Below, one piece after another: positions 54,708-64,000 of a DNA stretch of 64,000 nucleotides. The DNA lies in NCBI RefSeq assembly GCF_006345805.1, contig NC_043009.1, positions 26,722,001 to 26,786,000 on the forward strand, given 5' to 3'. The DNA is from Octopus sinensis (lineage: Eukaryota). Position numbers and translations under genes: made by a program. The notes beneath the pieces are model-generated. The model worked only from the letters and a program-made list of their open reading frames with translations, was not told where the DNA came from and searched no databases. The stretch's first letter is position 1. Every line of letters starts with the position of its first letter.

Positions 54708-55732
54708 CTCTAATGTGTCTTGCTATTTTTCAAGATAGTCGAGTATAATTTTACAGAGGTTTAGCTGTTATTTCTAGCGGATCCAGGATGCCTCATAACA
54801 TGATTAAAAGACGTGAGACCACCGTTTCAAATGTGGGTTGGACAGAGAGAGTTGCAAAAAGATGGGACGGACATTTTGCTGTTTTATAAAATTCAAATGT
54901 TTTTAAACTTATTCAAACATTATTGCAAAGAAAGAAAAATTTTATGGATGTTTTAATCATTGATAAGGTAGACAATGTCCCCGTCATCTAGCGGTTCGGC
55001 AAAGAGACCGATAGAATAAGTACTGGGCTTACAAAGGAATAAGTCCCGGGGTCGAGTTGCTCGATTAAAGGTGGTGCTCCAGCATGGCCGCAGTCAAATG
55101 ACTGAAACAAGTAAAAGAGTAAGTTCACCAAAGCCTTCAGAGCAGATCTGGTCGACGTAAACTGAAATTCCATCCACCAGCGTAACGAGTGTGTGCCGCC
55201 CGTGGCGGCCCTTCCGTATGACGCTTCCGGACCCCATAAAAAACACATATTGCCTACAGTAATAACCTACAACAGGATGAAAAGTACCGCCCCTACCGCC
55301 TCCCCCTCCTCCAGTTTCGCTAGTGATTCCATCATATATTAATGTGTGTGTACGTGTCATCCACCACCGCTTGACGACGCGACGTTGGTTCGTTTACGTC
55401 CCCGTAAAAGCGGTTCTGCAAAATAGATCGATAGAATAAGTACTAGGCTTACAAGAATGATAAGTGCTGGGGTCGATTTGTTCGACTAACCCCTTCAAGG
55501 TGGTGCTGCAGTACTATGACTGAAACAAATAAAAGTTAAAGCGTAATAATACCTTTTTTTTTTTTTTTAGTCAAAGTGTACTCCCACCTCCCAAACTAAA
55601 TACATAAATACAATGTCTTTTATAGTGACAGGATTAATTCTTTCAAAATGACCAGGTCTTTTTTAGCGGTATAGTAGACCGTGGTCCTGAGAAGGAGAAT
55701 TTGAGAGCGAGCCCTCGCTACAAGGTCATATA

Positions 55733-56148
55733 TTTGGATCTTTTCGGTTTGAACGGCAGTTTTTTAAAATAATTTCCACATAACTAAACACTTATAAACT
55801 TCTTATTCTGGTAGAATGTGTTTATAAAACATCTTTTTCTCTTGGCTTTATTGAGAAAATTCTATAGTTTGCAAGATATTTGTTGTTTTTTTTCTTCAAT
55901 TTCTGAAATTTCAACCAATCAGTGACGTCTATTGAGGTGAAAACATTCTGTGCCGTATGAATATGTCCCTCGTTTAAGAAACAGATTGGGTTTATTTACA
56001 TTTCTGAAGAAAATAAAAACCCTTTCCCCCACCCCTAACCCTAAAACAGATTGAAATGCTATAGATTGACACTAGGGTCATAATTATGGGTGACAATTTC
56101 ATATGATACCGCTAGAAAAAACTGCCGTTCAAACCGAAAAGATCCGAA
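55733..56148. mobile_element. MITE with 30-bp perfect TIRs
   Basis: ggatcttttcggtttgaacggcagtttttt (55736-55765) / aaaaaactgccgttcaaaccgaaaagatcc (56116-56145); flanked by TA if the TIRs are extended by 3 bp; internal ccctaaccctaa. Confidence 0.85.
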
Positions 56149-57588
56149 TAATGTAGTCCTATGTGTATTTTGCTTAGGTACAGATTATCTTGTCGTGAGA
56201 GAAACGTGCTTCGTTGTAGATCTTTTCAAAGTTAACAGCGTTTTAGATGCAACCTCAAACATCGCTGTTCAATTTATAGATAAAAGTTCAGACATTAACA
56301 CACTACAAACACTATTAATGGTTGTACATCCTACGTCCCACTCTTCTATTGTACCACTACGGTTTATGTTCCTCTGAACCTGCATATGGTGTGCATACTC
56401 TCCTGCCATAATCCACGACAAAAAGAGACACAATAGGGTGTAATTTGAAACTTGGATATTTATTCTAAAAGGTCAATCAACGAACACGTATAGGCCTCAA
56501 CCTTCAGTCATAGAATTATCATTCTTTTCCTTTTCAATAAAGAACAAACACCAATGTTCCTAAAAGTACGGTGCGGTTGCAGCTAGAATACCTTTGATCG
56601 TAAGGTCATCTCGGCTAGGGTGGATCTAGAGTTATTCAGCAAAAAGAAAAACTAGACAGCTTTAAAAATTAGACGCTCCAGCCGGATCATTTTTATCGAA
56701 TAGAACTTTGTGTCAAATAAAGGGGTCAGAAACAGGTCTAAACAACCGCCACTGTTATCGACTGTCTGCAAACGACGCCTTCATTTGTTGAGTCACGTAC
56801 TAAAGCCGCATTCTCCAAGTTTAGAAAAATCTAACAGCTGAATGGAATCCAACAGGCCCGAGAAAGGGAGGATTAACGTCAGAGTCAAAGTACAAACATG
56901 CACCTAGTTAAGGATACTAGTTAATAGAAGGATATTACTAACGCCTGTGTGTGATAAATGACCTAAGCAAGACATCCACTCTACCAGAACACAAATGGCC
57001 AAGTTGATAATGTACTTGACAAACTACCGATAAGGTATGCTACGCGTTTTATACTATATCCCTGTCACTTTGTTGTCTGCAATTAAGACACTTTACTTTT
57101 AAAGGTCAATCCATTTACATCTAAACAGGCTTTGCAGAGTTCAACCCGAAAGACAGCAGTAACACTAAAAAGGAAACTGAGATTTCCTTAGATTTCATCT
57201 CCAGATTTCCAAAGATCGTGCTAAATATAACAGTACCAAACTGTTAAAATCAAAATAAACAAATATTTGTAAATTTTTCTTTCCTTTCTTTTAACTTGCT
57301 GTGGGTTTTATTTATATCTCAACATCGTTTGTATGGATGCTTGTGTAGCGGGCTGAAAGTGATGTGCCATATCACGTCGATATGATTGATGCAGCCCTTG
57401 TAGTATGTAGATGTAACGCTTAAAGGTTCTCGCGTCGGAGAAACCAGTGAACATCGAAGAATCAACACCAAGAAAGAAGAAATATTATTTACATATATTT
57501 ATTCGTTTGCCCGACAGGTAGTTAAAAAGACAGTAGCAATTCTAGTGATAGTGACAAGGTTGGCTCGCTGGTTAGTAGTTGATAGTAT

Positions 57589-57799
57589 CATCATCATCAT
57601 CATTGTTCGACCGTGGTCGAGACAATGGAATTTACCATGCTACGCCAGACTTCACGGTCCATCATAGCATTACGGAGGTCCTGTTGCTGGATGCCTGTAT
57701 CCCTGGAGATTAAATCAGGGTAGGAGAGTGTGCGCCCTCTGGTATTGCGAGTAGATGGCTTCCAGAGGAGAAGAGTAGAAATTGCCTCGTTTTCAGCTC
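57589..57799 (-). mobile_element. 5'-truncated RTE/RTE-X LINE with TSD
   Basis: Open frame ...LLLWKPSTRNTRGRTLSYPDLISRDTG...LRNAMMDREVWRSMV...* followed by a (TGA)n tail; TSD tgatagtat at 57580-57588 and 57800-57808. Confidence 0.85.
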
Positions 57800-58282
57800 T
57801 GATAGTATAGAAGTTGCCGTCTGTCAGTAGAAAGTGAAAGAGTAAAGAATGCACGGTGCTGACTAGAAAGGAAAGGATAAAGGTGACATTGTCTTTCTTA
57901 CGGCCAAAAGCTTCGCTTCGTATGGCGAGCGAATGAAGAGGGAAAGTGCTGCTCTTGGGCATGGCTAACGCAAAAGACGGAGTTGTTCCTTGGTCAGGCT
58001 GACACAAAAGAGGAAGAGATAGGAAACGCTCTCTGTTATATAGACTATGATCAGTAATGTAGGTCAAACCCTAAACAAAGGATTAACCTTTTCTTGACCA
58101 GCACAGGTTCTTGGGGATTCCTAATCAATCATCTGGCGTGGAGAGGATATCCAGCTCGTTTTGACAAGCAACATGCAGGGTGAATTTGGCTTCAAATCTC
58201 AGGCAGGGCTAAGTAAGTTTCCTACACATGCAGTAAAAATGTCATTTTGTCATGAAATAAAAATTATATTACGTGATATGTC

Positions 58283-58315
<33 letters not shown>

Positions 58316-59020
58316 CTGTGTGAAGAGCATTAACGCATGAAATAACGATAAGAGAAAAAAGTGCAATGACTAAAGATCGAAACCTGGGTGCCGGCTCGAT
58401 AAAAATGAACGGATATTTTGTTATACCCGCGAATTCCAGTAATGCAACAGCGAAAATATACTAAGCAGCAGTTGAATATGATAAAATAAATAGGATTTCA
58501 TATTTTTTTCTTTTCTTTCCTTTACTCTACCGTGGGTTTCGTTCATATATTGACATCATTGGATATATGCAGTTAAAATATCAAAATATTATTTGCTCAT
58601 AAAATAGAAATTATATTATGCGACTTTTATATGTGCATGTGTTTGTGTGTGTCAGGAGCATTAGCGGTATAAATAGAAAAAAAAAAGGGAAAAGAAAACA
58701 AAAGAAATAATTGGTAATAACTAGGAATCGAAACCTAGTCAGCCGGTTCGGAGTACTAAAAAAATCTTAGATTCTGTTCTGTTGCCAGCGTCAGTGGATT
58801 CAGAACGAGGCTCGACTTCAAAACACCAAAACGGTGTTTGAGTTGTTTGTATGTTTCTTTTATCTGCGATTACCACAAAATATCAGCCATTTATTTCAAC
58901 TATTGACGTTTTATTCACGGAATCCAGGGCTTGAATGTCTTGTAGGAAGAACGGATTACTCACTTAATGGGTAAATACTAAACCAAGCTTTGAGAAATCT
59001 TCCAATACATATATTTACTT

Positions 59021-59334
59021 ATGGTTACGACTGATCTGTTGGACATAATGGAGAGGGGACACGCCTTGAAAGATGCAATTTTGGATGGGGATATAAGCAA
59101 AGTGAAAGAGCTATTGGATCTTAAAACCTACGATACAAACGAACAGACTAATTCCGGTAAAACGGCCCTGCATCTTGCAGCCATACGTGGGTATTCTGAA
59201 ATAATCGAACTTCTTCTCAACCATGGTGCCAATCCGAATATAAAGGACCGTAATGGGAATACTCCGTTGCATTGGTGTGGTCACATAGAAAGCACCGATT
59301 TATTGGTGAGCCACGGCGCATCTTTATCTATCAG
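59021..59334 (+). CDS. ANKRD46: Ankyrin-repeat protein, ANKRD46-like, first coding exon (gene continues beyond what is resolvable here)
   Basis: Ankyrin motifs GKTALHLAAIRG and GNTPLHWCGH; the shortened third repeat LHxCGH recalls ANKRD46 (GNTALHLCGHVDT). Donor AG|gtagat after 59334. The ankyrin call is firm; orthology is less certain. Confidence 0.8.
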
Positions 59335-62300
59335 GTAGATATATAAAGGAATGGATATTCATTTTACTTTTTCTTCCTTGTTTATTTTATTCTAGATATT
59401 TCTTTTCATTTGTTTACATGATCAACTCAGTTAAACACGGAAGATTACATGAATGAATCCATGCATGTATTTATATGAAAATGTGTGTGTGAGTTTGCAT
59501 GGATGCGCAATTAGCTATAGTAAAGACATGATGCATTGACCATAAAATGTAATAAACTTTCAGTGGTATATCTGTACCAAATATATTCTTTAAAGAATCA
59601 GGCTCTGTTAATCAAACGGAAACGATACTGTGTTTTTATGTTCATACATGTGTGTGTGTGTGCGTGCGGTAAGAAGCTTGCTTCCCAACCACTCACTCCC
59701 GCTGCGTGGCATCTTTGGCAAGTGTCTTCTAATAAAACCTTGGGCCAACCAGAGGCTTGTGAATGGATATGTGTGTGTCTTTGTGTCTGTGTTTGTACCC
59801 ACCACCACTAATATTGGTAGGTTTACGTCCCTCTACCTTATTGGTTCGGCAGAATAAGTACCAGGCTTAAAAAAAGTACTGAGGTCGATTCATTCGACTG
59901 AAAATTCTGGAAGGGGATGCCCCAGCATGGCTGCAGTCTAATGACTGAAACTTGTAAAAGATAAAAACAAATAAAATAAAAAGCTCGTATGTATATATAT
60001 ATATACACATACATGCACATGTATACTTCATGTGCATATACATACATACATACATACACATATACACACACACACATTGTTATCTTCATCATTATCATTT
60101 AACTTCCTCTCTCCATGCTTGCATGTGTTGCATGGTATGGCAGGATTTGAGTTTGAAGGACCATCTCTCTTTTGGTTTCAATGTCTGAATGTCCTTGCTA
60201 ATGCCAACCACTTTACAGAATGTTCTGGTTACTTTTCTCGTGATACCAACACTAATAAGGTCGCCTTGCAACATGTGAACCTAAAGAGGCCCCTATTACT
60301 GAAGGAGAATTGGAGAGAGAGAGAGAGAGTGATGATTCTTGGCACGGTAGTGAGAGGATGGTGGTAGAGAGGAACTGACTAGATACTGTCAAGGAGGGTA
60401 TATAGATGGGACAAAAGAAACGAAAAGGAATATTGTCAGGGGTTAGTGAGAAAGGGAGAGGCAGGATGGTAAGGGTGATGAGGTGGGTTGTGTAGAATGG
60501 GGTCCAGAATTGTTCCATATAAGGATGAATGTGGATAAAATGTACTGGGAAAGAACTCATGAAAGAGAAGATAGATGAGGGTGGAAAGCCTCCCCCCCTC
60601 AACTGTTGAGTGTCACTGGAAGAGAGGTGTGGGGGTGGGGTTCATGAGGGTAGGCAAAAGAAATGAGAGGATGTTGAGGTGGTGGAGAAGCTGCAGGAGA
60701 AGGACAGTGACAGGGCAGAGAGGGAGTGATGGATGACATTGGATGAGCAAGCATAACAAGTGGTGTGATGTGATTGATCAGGTGATGTATGAGGTGAGTG
60801 ATGAAATGGATGGGGGAAGAGAAGGTGGATGCAGCTAGAGTGATGAGGATAGACCAACACAGTAAATCTCTCTTACATAGGGCCTAACGAAAGATGGGGT
60901 GGAGATAGAGTGATGGGGACAGGGAGATAGAGTGATGGGGACAGGGAAACCATTCATGGTTTGCGAGTTTCATAGGTGGTGGGCAGATTAGTGATGGAGG
61001 GGTGTGAGATAAGAAGTGAATGGAGATGTGTGAGTGAAAGAGGGAAAAGGAGCAATAGGTAGATAAAAAGTTGTGAGTCAGGGTTGCAAAAGTGGCTGCA
61101 AATATAGGCTTCACAAAATACAAACATACATACCTACATATATTTACATGTTCATGCTTATATATACCCACATGCATTCACATGTGTGTGTGTTGTGTAT
61201 GTATTATATAGGCGTGACTGTTTGATTAAGAAGCTTGCTTCCCAACCAAACGGTTCCAGGTTCAGTCCCACTGTGTGACACCTTGGGCAAGTGTCTTCTG
61301 CTATGGCCTCAGGCTGAACAAAGCCTTGTGAGTGGATCTGGTAGATGGAAACTGAAATAAACCCAATTTATATATATATGTATGTATATATCTATGTGTG
61401 TGTGTGTTTGTGCTTGTTCCCTTGTCATCACATGACAACCGATGTTGGTGTGTTTACATCCCTGTAACTTAGTGGTTTGGCAAAGAGAACAATAGAATAA
61501 ATACTAGTCTGGAAAATAAGTCCTGGGGTCGAAGTGTTCAGTAAAAACACTTAAAAGCAGTGCTCCAACATGGCCACAGTCAAATGATTGAAACAAGTAA
61601 AGAAAAATATGTCTGTGTGTGTGTGTGTGTATCTATATCATCATCATCATCATTAAATATCTGTTTTCCATGCTGCCATGATGAATTGGCCGGTTGGACA
61701 GGAGCTAGCAAGCCAGAGGACTATGTTGTCACAATGCATACCTATTATGAGTGACATTAAACTCTGCTTTTCTCCCTTCAATCTCTCTTTAATCATGTTG
61801 TGTGTCTCTCTCCCTCCTCCTCCCAATCTTTCTCACCTTTTTCCTGTTTGTGACTCATTCACACCTAATGCACATGTGTATATATATATATATAATAACT
61901 GTATATAATATATATCATAATACAAACATACATACATACATATATATATATATAATGTAGATATTTAGCAACAGCTGTATAGAGATAGACACACAGACAG
62001 ATAGAAAGTGAAGGCAAGTGGTCACGTATGAGGAGTCCATATTGGTGACATGAAATTGTCAGCTAGGAATAAAGAACGACCATATTCGATGATGTAATAG
62101 TGAAGTCCTGTTATAAATAAACACCCTTCACACTGAAACTCACCATTTCTTGTAATTTTTTATTAGAAAATTTCTTTTCGGTTTGTAAATTCTAAGCAAT
62201 GTCTGTAATAATTGTCAAATTTTTAATTATATTTATCATTTTTTTGTTGTTTTTTTTGGTTTTTTTTTACCAGCTCTAACTTCTCTGTTTCAGTATGCTC

Positions 62301-62464
62301 AAGTAGCCATGAATTTTACCTTTTTGCCTTATTAAATTATATGTTTTAAACATAGGAGATTCTGATTCTTAAATAAAGCAAAATTTTCAAAAATTCAGTT
62401 TTGTCATGCCCCACTTCCCTCAGAATTTTTAAATACACAACTAATCATGACTTTTGTATTTATA

Positions 62465-62626
62465 GGCACAGGAATGGCTGTGTGGTAAGTAGCTTGTTTA
62501 CCAACCACATGGTTCCGGGTTCAGTCCCACTGTGTGGCACCTTGGGCAAGTGTCTTCTTCTATAGCCTCCGGCCAACCAAAGCCTTGTGAGTGGATTTGG
62601 TAGACGGAAACTGAAAGAAGCCCGTC

Positions 62627-62673
<47 letters not shown>

Positions 62674-62885
62674 CGTGTATGTTTGTGTGTCTGTGTTTTT
62701 CTCCCTAACATTGTTTGACAACCGATGCTGGTGTGTTTATGTCCTTGTCACTTAGTGGTTCGGCAAAAGAGACCGATAGAATAAGTACTGGGCTTACAAA
62801 GAATAAGTCCCGAGGTTGAGTTGCTCGATTAAAGGCGGTGCTCCAGCATGGCCGCAGTCAAAATGACTGAAAGAAGTAAAACAGA
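62465..62885 (+). mobile_element. Full-length tRNA-derived CORE-type SINE (octopus OR2-like) with internal microsatellite
   Basis: A box tggctgtgtgg, B box ggttcagtccc, CORE motif ccttgggcaagt, (TA)n(TG)n middle, tail gcagtcaaaatgactgaaa. Confidence 0.85.
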
Positions 62886-64000
62886 GAAAAAGATATCATC
62901 ATCATTTAATGTCCACTTTTTCTGGAGCCCATACTTGCATTCACTAATCGTTTTAGCACCATAAATCCAACTGTTTTATGGATCATCATCATTTTATTGT
63001 CTGTTTATCTATGCTTGCATAAGTTGGACAGAATTTGTTAAGGTGAATTTTCTACAGCCAGCTGCCCCTCCTATTGCCAATTCTCACCTGTTTCCAAGCA
63101 ACGTGATATTTCCCCATGCTCAGACATGTTTTTCACAGACAACTAAACACAAAGAAACATCCATTGTATGACAACGATATTCATTTATGGCTGTCATGTG
63201 ATGTCAAGAGAAGGGTACACACAAACACATGCATCTGCTGCTGGTTTCTTTTGGTTTCCATCTACCAAATCCTCTCATAAGTCTTTAGTTAGCCCAGGGT
63301 TGCTGTGCAGTGAAACTGAACCTGAGACCACATGGTTGGGAAGTAAGCTTTTAATCACACAGGTTTCTCTCCATGTATTATGTATTTTTTCTTTCAATTT
63401 TATATCTGTTTTACCAATATAATATGGGGTGAATTATTTTACTACATGTTGCCTATTTTCTGCCACTGTCAGTCATCACCTACTCTCCCCTACAATCCCC
63501 AACTCATGCCTCATTGGTCATTCCTACCCCTTATCTGTCATTCACTACATCTACTCACCAAACTTACCCAATCTTTACAGTTGTTGCCTGTCGCTCCTCT
63601 CTTCATCATTCCCTATCTTTCACCCCCCCCCTCTCTTGCAGCCTTCACCTACAAAACTCCTGCTGTCTCTATCCTCAATCATTCCTACTAACCATATATT
63701 TTGAAGGTCCACCCAGGTACCTCACCACTACTATTTTCATCTTGTTCCAGAGCCAACTGTTTGCCCCCACCCTTTCTTGTAAATGTGAATAGTCATGTAG
63801 CACCTCAACAGCAAGAAACCTGTTCTGCTTTGGCCCCTTATCTCATATTTTTGCTCTGTATCTCTTAGTATAAAGCTTCCCTCATAGGTTTCATTGTCTT
63901 GCAGGTTGAATGGTAATCTCCCTAGTGCTGGTGGTATGAAAAATATACTCTGTAAAATGGCTGCCAAAGTAGAGAGTGGAGGATGATGAAGTCATGTGAC

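Noticed and set aside
56028-56045. Telomeric (CCCTAA)n
   Set aside because: Only two units, internal to a MITE.
57600-58067. 155-aa ORF as a host gene
   Set aside because: The C-terminal part is a LINE 3' end bounded by a TSD; the N-terminal part is chance read-through of flank.
60300-61100. Purine-rich tract (similar at 19400-19560 and 35590-35910, inverse at 63430-63830)
   Set aside because: Low-complexity or decayed repeat with no coding or structural signal I can support.
59335-64000. Second exon of the ankyrin gene
   Set aside because: No phase-2 acceptor followed by an ankyrin-like continuation was found; the region is SINE and low-complexity intron.

Overview
AT-rich, repeat-dense animal genomic DNA; the SINE families and microsatellite load look like a cephalopod (Octopus-type) genome, which is an inference. 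The main feature is a complete 7-exon TMEM185 gene on the minus strand (CDS 49397->10675; exons 38+177+208+84+177+124+224 nt = 343 aa + stop). All six introns are GT-AG and the phases join correctly. Exons 1 and 4 are absent from the ORF track and were read from the sequence. Divergent from it, the first coding exon of an ANKRD46-like ankyrin gene starts at 59021 (+). The rest is tRNA-derived SINEs (CORE-type, Meta-type, CORE+V-type), RTE and Dong/R4 LINE fragments, hAT, piggyBac and TA-flanked MITEs, Helentron-like HINEs, and long microsatellites including a ~3.5 kb TA array. Best second-look items: two frame-preserving candidate cassette exons in TMEM185 intron 3; two convergent Penelope-type hammerhead ribozyme motifs flanking a (TA)n tract; an ATG-ATG-TGA micro-uORF overlapping the TMEM185 start; a HINE carrying a gypsy integrase fragment; a ~600 bp templated duplication; and a duplicated hairpin/B-box module upstream of ANKRD46. 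Repeat boundaries are approximate and family assignments come from recalled motifs, not database searches.
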